Source: an uncultured Candidatus Saccharibacteria bacterium (GTDB lineage: Bacteria > Patescibacteriota > Saccharimonadia > Saccharimonadales > CAYVSP01). From it: a stretch of DNA of 38,844 nucleotides. The position numbers and the translations under genes are program-made. Of this stretch, positions 27,890 through 36,000 are shown piece after piece. The notes beneath the pieces were generated by a model, which worked only from the letters and a program-made list of their open reading frames with translations, searched no databases and was not told the DNA's origin. Each line of letters begins with the position of its first letter. Position 1 is the stretch's first letter. The stretch covers positions 1 to 38,844 of the forward strand of contig CAZOZI010000007.1 of the NCBI GenBank assembly GCA_964584265.1, read 5' to 3'.

Positions 27890-30800
27890 ATAGTAAGTTG
27901 CTGTCTCTGAAGACCAGCAATCATTCTTGATCCATCAACAATTTCTATCTGGCCATTAGGTAGCCACCTGCATCTTATACCAAGAGCTAGAAACATACGG
28001 TTTACTGCTCTATGGGTCATTGCGCTGCCGCCAGAACTTGTGCTCAGCTCATACGGTGCAAGTGAAGACGGTGTACGCTCTTCTTCTGATAGGTATATAT
28101 CCATAGTTTCATTTATCATGTTTTCTACAGTTTTAATGAGTTTTTTCTGATTCTTTTTGCTTTTAAGATCCGGTGGCGTTAAATCCCGTTGGGCTACACG
28201 TAAGCTGTCGCTTGCTCCAACTCCACCTTCCCATTGATTTACTGGTGCACCGCTATCATTAAGCATGTGTTCGATGGCTCTGCGACCTGATGTCACTATA
28301 GTACTTTTGCGTCCAAGATAACTTGTTGGAGTATGCGTTGTAGCGCCTTTGCGGGCTAGTTTTACGGATCTCTGAAGATGTTTATCTTCGGCGTAAATCG
28401 ATGTAGGATCATATCCGCCAGTGGCCATGTATATTGCCGGCCTAAAGGCGTGGTTTGCCCCAGACAAGCCAACTACTTTGTATCTTACCCTATTATGAAT
28501 GTCTAGCATCTGCATAAAACGAGTTGATATAAGCATTTCTGGATATGCTGCATATTCTTCTGGACTGGCAAAATCAATATTACCTAGAAAGCTGTCTACT
28601 TCAGGCTGTGCGCTAGTTTTTTCAATTACTGTTTTGACGTATTCTTCATGCACACTGTGAGTATCCACGTCTTGTTCCGCAATTATTACTTTATTTAGGT
28701 CTACTCCTCTTGTACGTAGGTCTTGCAAAATAACGTCGGTTAAATCTTTCCTTACGCCATTAAGCACCCATGGTTGCTTTGTTTCAGAATCTGGTAGCTG
28801 ACGCTCAATAAACCTAACTACAACCTCGGGATGTTCTTTCTGAAATCTCTCTATCTCAGATGTAGTTTTATCTTTTTTGGCACCTTCAGGGTAGTTAGCA
28901 TAAACTACGATTTCATAGTCATCGGATGTCACACCTTTTTGTTTTACATATTGTTGTAGTGTGTTATATACGCTACCGCCCTCTTGATGTGCTGCTGCTG
29001 CTATAGCTATAACAACTTTTGGATTCGTGGCTTTTGGCTGGCGGTCCAACTGTTTTACTAACCCGGCAATCTTTTTTTGTTGTTGCTTGGTTTGTCCAGC
29101 GAAGTAACGGTCTGCAATTTCTGTTGCATCGAGTTCAAAATCTGGATCTGTTAATAATTCTGGGGCAAATGGTAATACTTCTCTGCGCTCTGCCAATTCG
29201 CGTGCAGCCCGTTTGGCGCTCTCAATATATGGGATTGGTCTATCAACATAGCCATATGGGGCTCGTCTTCTAGCGTCAGTGTAGTAGTAGGGCGATCTTT
29301 CAGATGGATAACTAAGTTTTTCGAGCCCTCGGCGCCAATAAAATGGGAAAACTGGTGCAATTTCGGTTGGTAGAGGCGCTTCAATCGGTACGGCAAGAGT
29401 GCTAGTAACCCGTTCGTGAAGTTCTGGGACAAGTCGGGTAATTGTGTCTACGCCGGGTTTTGGTTGATTATCGCCGACTAACGTGGCAAGTGTGCGAACG
29501 CTTGTTTCGCCATTAGGGTTTGTGCCAGAAACTTGCATGACTTCTGCAAAACCGCCATTGAAATGGGCGTGTCCGCCGGTAGCATCAAACACACTCTGCC
29601 CGACAAACGAGTTATGATCAATGACACCGTTGCCATCATGGTCAATTGACACTAGCTGAACCCAGTGCTGCGTGCCGCGGCTCATTGAAATACCCATTTT
29701 TAGCTGGCCTGAATCAATCAATTCCTGGAAGTGTGCAGCTTGATCGGCATGGAATGAGCCACCCGCCATCATATGGTGAACGTTGAAGACGTAGTCACCA
29801 TTAGCGTTTATGCCTGTGCCGCTATCCCCGCCCCACTGCAGCTTGAGTTCATTAAGGTCAAACTTTGGTGCAGGCGTATTGTTGTCGTACCACAGATCGC
29901 GGTGTACAGCTGCAAATTGTTCCGGGTGAGCGTTAATAAAGTCCTCTGGTGAGCGTTGGACCTGCGTAACTTCAGTATGCGTGGTCTGCCAGGTATCCAT
30001 TACATCATGGTGCTGAATTCCGTGGCTATCTAACACGGCTTGCGTATGGGCATCAAAATGCCCTTGCTCGTCAAACCCTACATGATCAATTACCGTCTTT
30101 CCATTGGGACCAATTAAGTTATGGACTCCATTTGCGCTATCGATATGATAGCCAGACGGTAATACGACCGATGCATGTTCGTTTATGGCCTGAGGTGCAA
30201 GGTTCCCCTCAGCTATGTGATGCGTCGGCAAATTGTCGTGCCTCAGCAAACCAGCCATTACAGTGCGGCGATCATTGCCTGACTTAGCATGTTCAAACAC
30301 GCTCTGCATTTCACTTGATACCAGAGCGTGCATTTCCTGGACGGCCAAGCCAATGCCAATACCGCTTGCAAATGAAATTGCACCCATTTTCCACGTTCGG
30401 TTACGTCGCAACTTTTGGAAAACTCTATCCTTGTCAGATACTTCGGCCTTCATAATGTCTGCAGTCCAGCTGCTCATGGCATCAATCGTTTCGCCTACAC
30501 TGCCTGAAACGAGGCCTGCAGCACGGCGAACACTATCATCAACACCATCAACTATGGTTTGCAGTTTTACTCTAAGTTGAAAAGTTAGTAGATCTAGATC
30601 AAAACGTTGTTGTTCAACCTCGGTTTTGCCATCGTATGTGATAAAGTCAGCGTTTGTATCATCCGACATCTTTATTCTGGTACTAACATGGCCTAAATCT
30701 GCAACTGCGCGCGCCAGTAGTTGGGCGTCAACGCTACCATCAAGTAATAAATCGAGCTCTTGAAGGCCGGTAATAAGATCGCTTGCTGCAGCTGTTTCAT

Positions 30801-31797
30801 ACCGCGTCGCTTCTAATTGCTCGCGTCGCCTACCGGCAGCGGGCCCGGCAGTTTCGTCACCCTCCGCCATTTGCCGTCCATGGAGTTGCCGTTCCTGTTT
30901 AATGCGCAAACGTTCGCGTAAACCACCAAATACACCTGCCCCAACGCCCAAGCCAACGGTAGCTGCTGCTGCCATACCTGCCTTACGAAATACGAATTTA
31001 CCGGCTGACATAGCCAAGCCAACTCCAGCCGCTAGTGTTGTGTCATTAACTAAACAGCCAACTTTATTTTTTTGCAGTTTTTCCAAAACGCGGTCGGCAG
31101 CATCGCGCTTTGCCTCAGTACGCACCCCCACGTGGGCTTCGCCGATCTTAGCACTCAGTGCAGCGTCGATTCGGTCAATACCAACGCCATGTTCAAACGC
31201 GGCACGAGCTTCCATGGCGACTTCTATAACGTTGTCTATCAATACCAAGCCTTTTTTACTATCGCTTGCAACTCTAAGGTTGCTGCTAATAACTTCTATC
31301 AAACGGGTTTTTTCGGCTTGTAGCGTATCGACGTCAATTCTACCTGATGCAAAATCATTTACGAGAGCACTTAATTGATTGGTCAACGCCTCGCCATTGT
31401 TTATACTGGCCAGTTCTTCGTTGGCCTCTCCGCTATGTAATAGACCAGCTTCATTAGTGAACCGTTTAACTACGGGTGCCATAGCACGGTCGTGCTCTTC
31501 TTTAGTGCCTTTTTCTAAGGCCCATACATCATTATTTTGGTCAATCTTGGCGTTATTCTTAGCGATTTCGCGCAGTCTTATATAGTCGCGTGCAATGTTA
31601 CCGTGCCAAATACGCTTTAGCAGACCCCGGAAACCGCGCTCAGTTGTCTGTTCATTAATAAACTCATCTGCCCTGTCTATGGAATTTGCCGTTCTGCCTT
31701 CAGTTACATCAACGACCTGAATCTTCATGCCTTTTTTCAGCTGTTCATCAGTCTTTGCTTCTACTGCCGGTTCAGGTGGAGCGAGTGTTTCTGCCAT
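27886..31797 (-). CDS. large multi-domain membrane protein with C-terminal GT2 (GT-A fold) glycosyltransferase domain
   Basis: Helical N-terminus, Gly/Ala-rich hydrophobic hairpin, a third hydrophobic helix and a His/Gly-rich region. GT2 features: VVIAIAAAAHQE, YEIVVYAN, EQDVD (DxD), GANHAFR...GGY...EDK. Confidence 0.8.
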   Translation of the reverse strand: MAETLAPPEPAVEAKTDEQLKKGMKIQVVDVTEGRTANSIDRADEFINEQTTERGFRGLLKRIWHGNIARDYIRLREIAKNNAKIDQNNDVWALEKGTKEEHDRAMAPVVKRFTNEAGLLHSGEANEELASINNGEALTNQLSALVNDFASGRIDVDTLQAEKTRLIEVISSNLRVASDSKKGLVLIDNVIEVAMEARAAFEHGVGIDRIDAALSAKIGEAHVGVRTEAKRDAADRVLEKLQKNKVGCLVNDTTLAAGVGLAMSAGKFVFRKAGMAAAATVGLGVGAGVFGGLRERLRIKQERQLHGRQMAEGDETAGPAAGRRREQLEATRYETAAASDLITGLQELDLLLDGSVDAQLLARAVADLGHVSTRIKMSDDTNADFITYDGKTEVEQQRFDLDLLTFQLRVKLQTIVDGVDDSVRRAAGLVSGSVGETIDAMSSWTADIMKAEVSDKDRVFQKLRRNRTWKMGAISFASGIGIGLAVQEMHALVSSEMQSVFEHAKSGNDRRTVMAGLLRHDNLPTHHIAEGNLAPQAINEHASVVLPSGYHIDSANGVHNLIGPNGKTVIDHVGFDEQGHFDAHTQAVLDSHGIQHHDVMDTWQTTHTEVTQVQRSPEDFINAHPEQFAAVHRDLWYDNNTPAPKFDLNELKLQWGGDSGTGINANGDYVFNVHHMMAGGSFHADQAAHFQELIDSGQLKMGISMSRGTQHWVQLVSIDHDGNGVIDHNSFVGQSVFDATGGHAHFNGGFAEVMQVSGTNPNGETSVRTLATLVGDNQPKPGVDTITRLVPELHERVTSTLAVPIEAPLPTEIAPVFPFYWRRGLEKLSYPSERSPYYYTDARRRAPYGYVDRPIPYIESAKRAARELAERREVLPFAPELLTDPDFELDATEIADRYFAGQTKQQQKKIAGLVKQLDRQPKATNPKVVIAIAAAAHQEGGSVYNTLQQYVKQKGVTSDDYEIVVYANYPEGAKKDKTTSEIERFQKEHPEVVVRFIERQLPDSETKQPWVLNGVRKDLTDVILQDLRTRGVDLNKVIIAEQDVDTHSVHEEYVKTVIEKTSAQPEVDSFLGNIDFASPEEYAAYPEMLISTRFMQMLDIHNRVRYKVVGLSGANHAFRPAIYMATGGYDPTSIYAEDKHLQRSVKLARKGATTHTPTSYLGRKSTIVTSGRRAIEHMLNDSGAPVNQWEGGVGASDSLRVAQRDLTPPDLKSKKNQKKLIKTVENMINETMDIYLSEEERTPSSLAPYELSTSSGGSAMTHRAVNRMFLALGIRCRWLPNGQIEIVDGSRMIAGLQRQQLTI

Positions 31798-31806
31798 GGG
31801 GTTTTC

Positions 31807-32106
31807 CTATGCAGCTTTACCTAAGTAGAGCGCACGAAATTCTAATAAGGCCGCGGCAGTTATGCTTTCTTTGTCGGCTACATTTTTTTCGATAAAGTTT
31901 TGCAGAGCTGAGGTGTCGTTCGGCTGCTCATCTAAGATTTTTTCAAATTCAGCAAGCTGCTCATCGCTCAGCGAATCTATCATACGTCGGTTTACAAAAT
32001 CAGTCGCCCGGCTTACCAGGTCGGCAGCTAATTGTTTGCGCACTTCCGGGTCAACACCTTCCGGCACGCCCTTATCTTTTAAGAGTTGCTCAATAAATTC
32101 TTCCAT
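31807..32106 (-). CDS. small acidic helical protein (DUF5663-like)
   Basis: FIEQLL...PEVRKQL...VNRRMIDSLSDEQLAEFEKIL...LLEFRALYL. Ends 9 nt upstream of the giant gene. Family assignment from memory. Confidence 0.7.
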   Translation of the reverse strand: MEEFIEQLLKDKGVPEGVDPEVRKQLAADLVSRATDFVNRRMIDSLSDEQLAEFEKILDEQPNDTSALQNFIEKNVADKESITAAALLEFRALYLGKAA

Positions 32107-32271
32107 TTTTCACGCTTTCTGCTTTTGAGATTAATCCTCTATTAATTGAAGCAATAATTTGTAGTAAAAACAACCTTTATCTTTACTCGATTTATTCTAC
32201 AATGAATTTGCAAAAATTCAACTTTAGTTTTGGGATTGCTTAAGCAGACAAAAGTAAGAGTGCAAATACTT

Positions 32272-32300
32272 TTGACAATTATATCTGTTACTGTCATAAT
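32272..32300 (+). promoter_or_regulatory. sigma70 promoter TTGACA-17-CATAAT
   Basis: TTGACA attatatctgttactgt CATAAT, 8 nt before ATG 32309. Confidence 0.7.
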
Positions 32301-32308
32301 AACCGTAG

Positions 32309-32620
32309 ATGATTGATGCTGTTCGTGAACCAGAGCCTAAAAACATCGGTGAACTCTTATGGTCCCGAGATGCAGTGATAGATTTGGAAAAGAATGGGTA
32401 TACCTTAATGGGCCGCTATAGCGGTTCTGCACTCAAGGATGGCGTACAGCTTAGTATTGTACAGCCGGATGGAAGTTGGGCACAAATTGTGCACAGCGTT
32501 GAAGAAATTGCCGCTGGTTATGCTAATGATACAGATGTTAAGATAATTACCCAAGAACGCGACGGCGAAAACCTTTGGAAAGAAATCTGGGCACAATCTA
32601 AACCTGATCAGACCTCCTGA
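32309..32620 (+). CDS. hypothetical protein (103 aa)
   Basis: ORF immediately after a consensus promoter. Confidence 0.65.
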   Translation: MIDAVREPEPKNIGELLWSRDAVIDLEKNGYTLMGRYSGSALKDGVQLSIVQPDGSWAQIVHSVEEIAAGYANDTDVKIITQERDGENLWKEIWAQSKPDQTS

Positions 32621-32669
32621 CCTGCTCTCAAGCTTTACGCTGCCATTCATACCTTGTACCCTATATCCT

Positions 32670-33731
32670 ATGCGCATTTTGGGTATAGAAACCAGCTGTG
32701 ACGAAACAGCTGCTGCTGTGGTTGAAGATGGTAAGCGCTTACTGTCTAATGTAGTCCTCTCAAGTATGGATTTGCACAAGGCCTATGGCGGTGTGGTGCC
32801 GGAGATAGCCGCCCGCTCGCACATTGAGGCTATTATGCCCGTTATTGAACAAGCTCTGCAGCAAGCAAAAACGGATTGGGTCCAAATAGACGCAGTAGCC
32901 GTAACACACGGTGCTGGTCTTGGTGGCTCTCTTTTAATTGGCGTTCTAACGGCTCGCACGCTGGCAATTATCAAGAAAAGGCCGTTGTACGGCATTAACC
33001 ACGTCGAGGGTCATATATACGTCAATTTTTTAACAGAGACTCCCCTGCCCGATTATTATTTGCCTGAAAAAACGCCCGAATTTCCAATGTTGGGCCTTAT
33101 TGTCTCAGGTGGGCATTCCCAGTTAGTGATGTGGCAAGACCACTTTAAGTACAAACTACTCGGTCAAACGCGTGATGACGCAATCGGCGAAGCTTTTGAT
33201 AAAGTAGCCAAAATCACCGGCCTCCCCTACCCCGGCGGTCCATCAATTGAGCAAGCCGCGAAAAAGGGTGACCCATTTGCCTACAGCTTTCCGAAGGCAA
33301 GACTTGCTGGAAAATATGATTTTAGCTTCTCCGGCGTGAAAACTGCTGTTTTAAGGGCCGCACAGGGGTTAGTCGGTGAAGATTTCACGTTTCCCTCTTC
33401 AAAGCTGCCAGAGCGGCTCTCTGAAGCCCAGAAGGCGGACTTGTGCGCCAGTTTCCAGCGGGTTGCTATTGAAACGGTGGTGGATAAGACAGTGCTGGCC
33501 TTCGAAGAGTTTAAGCCTAAATCTGTTGTTATAGGGGGAGGTGTTGCGGCAAGTTCTGCCTTACGCGATCAGTTATCTAAGCGTCTCCCCTACCCCATTT
33601 CTTACACCGACCGCAAGCTATGTACCGACAACGGTGCCATGATCGCCACCCTCGGCTGCTACAAAGCCATGCTCAAACAACCAACCGCCGACCCCTATTC
33701 TCTAGAAATCGCCCCAAATTTATCAATGTAA
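32670..33731 (+). CDS. tsaD: tRNA N6-adenosine threonylcarbamoyltransferase
   Basis: ILGIETSCDET, GGVVPEIAARSH, NHVEGH, VSGGHS, DDAIGEAFDK, CTDNGAMIA. Confidence 0.98.
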   Translation: MRILGIETSCDETAAAVVEDGKRLLSNVVLSSMDLHKAYGGVVPEIAARSHIEAIMPVIEQALQQAKTDWVQIDAVAVTHGAGLGGSLLIGVLTARTLAIIKKRPLYGINHVEGHIYVNFLTETPLPDYYLPEKTPEFPMLGLIVSGGHSQLVMWQDHFKYKLLGQTRDDAIGEAFDKVAKITGLPYPGGPSIEQAAKKGDPFAYSFPKARLAGKYDFSFSGVKTAVLRAAQGLVGEDFTFPSSKLPERLSEAQKADLCASFQRVAIETVVDKTVLAFEEFKPKSVVIGGGVAASSALRDQLSKRLPYPISYTDRKLCTDNGAMIATLGCYKAMLKQPTADPYSLEIAPNLSM

Positions 33732-33749
33732 GGTTGGTCTTTCAAAAAT

Positions 33750-35018
33750 TCATCTCTTAAACGTTGGACGTCTATCAATTAGCCACGGCGCCTCTGGTTT
33801 TACACCTATGGCTTTACAAGCAGCAGCAAATAACCCCGGAGTTAATTCTGCGCCACTAGCCAGGGCTTCATCGAGAAATTCGCCCACATGAGCCATACGA
33901 GCACTATGGGCATCTCCGTCTAGACCCATTATAGGTTCTTGTACAAAACCAACGTGCATAGGTTCTACGCCTGCAATCTGCCCTTGTAGTGGATGCTCGC
34001 TCTCTAGCCAGATGTCAGGATACTGGTCATGTAGCCCAGCAATGATTGCTGCCATTTCCTCTGGGTTCCAGGTATAGATATCGCAGCTATCGTATGAATG
34101 GGATTCTGTTTTGGTAAGCATGGCAATCCCCTGCTCAGCTGCTTGCTCCCACACTTTTGCAATAAATTCTTGAGCCTGTGCTTGCTGTTCAGGCGTCTCA
34201 AGATTTAGCGAAAGATAAAATTTAAATCTGCCATCGGGATTTTCTTCTATAAGTTTTGCTACATTGGCACCTGTTTCAATCGGAAAGGATAGGCCATTTT
34301 CCTTAGGTATCATGCCGTGTTTACTAGTGTCATAACGGTGTGCTCCGCGTATTTTTGGCTTGAGGCTATAGCGAAGCATCATTTCCGCCACCTCCCCTGA
34401 AAGCACATTTTTAAACTCACCATGTTTTTTTACTAGCGCACCTAGGCTAGAATCTGTTAGACGCGCGAAGCTTTCTTCTGCGGTTGGTGCAATATCTCTA
34501 CCTTCTATGCGATTACTGGCTTCTTGAGCCGCAGCACGTTGTCTAAGCCAAGCACTTTCAACTTCCTCGCTTTTTGATCTCACTGAGTCAGGTGTTGGTA
34601 AAATCCTATCTTCATCGGTGACAACCGTGTCGTCACCGATACCACGCGAGTATCTGGCTAATTCTTCCATAAGCCTTGGTGGATTATCCGGATTGGCTGC
34701 AAACTCATTCCAGCTGTAGGGTGAAGGCTGGTCAGGATCTATGTTGCGATCTCTTGTGTGCATTTCAAGTGTCCTTTTGGGACGCCCCATATTGGTATGT
34801 ACTGTTCCAGTTGTTGTATCATCTTCGGGAACATCCTCAGTTTCGGTTGTAATGTCTACGGCAACTTCACCAGCAGCATGCGCATCTGCAGCTAAGACTT
34901 CTGGCGCACGAGTATAAGGCTCCACAGAATCAGTACTTTCTAAATCGTCTCTAAACCGCATATTGCTATGCACGCCACCAGGTGTGGGCTCTTTGATTGA
35001 TGGATCTATATCTGACAT
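33750..35018 (-). CDS. hypothetical protein: acidic disordered N-terminus plus possible HopA1-like C-terminal domain
   Basis: FKFYLSL...AMLTK...DSCDIY...EHPL...VGFVQEP...SARM pattern resembles the HopA1 family as I recall it. Confidence 0.6.
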   Translation of the reverse strand: MSDIDPSIKEPTPGGVHSNMRFRDDLESTDSVEPYTRAPEVLAADAHAAGEVAVDITTETEDVPEDDTTTGTVHTNMGRPKRTLEMHTRDRNIDPDQPSPYSWNEFAANPDNPPRLMEELARYSRGIGDDTVVTDEDRILPTPDSVRSKSEEVESAWLRQRAAAQEASNRIEGRDIAPTAEESFARLTDSSLGALVKKHGEFKNVLSGEVAEMMLRYSLKPKIRGAHRYDTSKHGMIPKENGLSFPIETGANVAKLIEENPDGRFKFYLSLNLETPEQQAQAQEFIAKVWEQAAEQGIAMLTKTESHSYDSCDIYTWNPEEMAAIIAGLHDQYPDIWLESEHPLQGQIAGVEPMHVGFVQEPIMGLDGDAHSARMAHVGEFLDEALASGAELTPGLFAAACKAIGVKPEAPWLIDRRPTFKR

Positions 35019-35047
35019 TTTTTGTTTTATCTTTGATTTACAACTCT

Positions 35048-35076
35048 ATTATAGCAAACCTTAAGCATTTTGTCAA
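35048..35076 (-). promoter_or_regulatory. perfect sigma70 promoter TTGACA-17-TATAAT (extended -10)
   Basis: Minus strand reads TTGACA aaatgcttaaggtttgc TATAAT. Confidence 0.85.
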
Positions 35077-35128
35077 TATTGTACCTCTGTTATTCTGCAT
35101 GCTATACTGGTTATGCAAAAACAAACAT

Positions 35129-35432
35129 GTAGGGGTAGGATCTGCAAATCCATGCAGGTAGCACACGCAGCACAACTTTCACGCTTGGATGCAGTACAAG
35201 GAACGAGCGAAGCACAGAATGAGCCGTATAACTAATACGGTGAATGAGTACTGGAGCTTGTGACGCAGTAATGCGCCAAGAGCATTGGCGGAGTTGCGAA
35301 CTCTGTTCGCAAGCAGGTCTGTGTCGTGGAGTTGTGAAAAACAGATGTCTTTAATTTGAGCATTAATATAGAGGGTTTTCAGGTGAAAACTCTTGAGATT
35401 AGTTCTCAGTTTCACATGAAATCTACCCCTGT
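35129..35432 (+). ncRNA. candidate ~300-nt structured RNA or MITE-like element containing repeat copy 4
   Basis: Ends pair (AGGGGTAG/CTACCCCT). Internal stems CACAACTTTCACG/CGTGGAGTTGTG, TTGCGAA/TTCGCAA, AGAGGGTTTTCA/TGAAAACTCT, TGAGA/TCTCA. Upstream TGcTATACT at 35103-35108. Confidence 0.5.
35185..35279 (+). repeat. structured intergenic repeat, copy 4
   Basis: 19/19 and 18/19 identical end blocks to copy 1. Apical GAG-CCGTAT-aacta-ATACGG-TGA. Confidence 0.8.
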
Positions 35433-35452
35433 TAAAGTCAGGGTTTTAGGTA

Positions 35453-35905
35453 TTATCTAAACTTGTAGCGCTCTGGGCGCGGTTGACGGGCGGGACGTGG
35501 GATTCGTTGCTTAGGAGCCTTCGGAGCACGAACAAACACTTCGCCGAAGGTTTTTCGTGCATTATCTCGTTCTTCCACTGTTCCGGCAGCCGTTGCCATT
35601 TTGCCAACATCAATCGCTCCTCGTAGACGCGACAAAAGTTCTCTTTCTTGATCAGATATGACGTCATCTGGGTCTTTTTCACTTAAACGGGCTGCGGTTT
35701 CTATATAAGGGTCCAGGAGTCCATAAAACGGGTCAGTTGTTTGCTCTTCTGATGGTTTGGCATCAATAGTCTTACTAATTAGCAGGTGAAGAGCAGCCCG
35801 GGCAGGGGCTGCTACCACACCACTGTCCATAAATTCTTCAATACCCATCAGAGCAACATCAAATTGATCTGCTGGAATAGGCGGTAGTTGGTCTGGATGA
35901 CTCAT
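35453..35905 (-). CDS. hypothetical protein (~150 aa, basic Pro-rich tail)
   Basis: ORF with promoter TTGACA-17-TATTGT (35943-35971). Start placed at MSHPDQ. Confidence 0.65.
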   Translation of the reverse strand: MSHPDQLPPIPADQFDVALMGIEEFMDSGVVAAPARAALHLLISKTIDAKPSEEQTTDPFYGLLDPYIETAARLSEKDPDDVISDQERELLSRLRGAIDVGKMATAAGTVEERDNARKTFGEVFVRAPKAPKQRIPRPARQPRPERYKFR

Positions 35906-36000
35906 TGCTAACTCTTTCGTGCTTAACAAATTTCGGGTGTATACAATACCACTGTCACATTATTTTGTCAATTGTTCTCTGTTGGTCTATACTTTGACCT

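Noticed and set aside
35113-35235. 40-aa ORF (MQKQTCRG...LDAVQG...) and the shadow ORF 5135-5374 sharing LDAVQG
   Set aside because: The shared peptide is just the translation of the DNA repeat. The ATG is only 4 nt from the -10 box and has no SD.
5212-35279. CRISPR array or composite-transposon interpretation of the repeats
   Set aside because: Copies are kilobases apart and diverged, with no spacers, cas genes or transposase.
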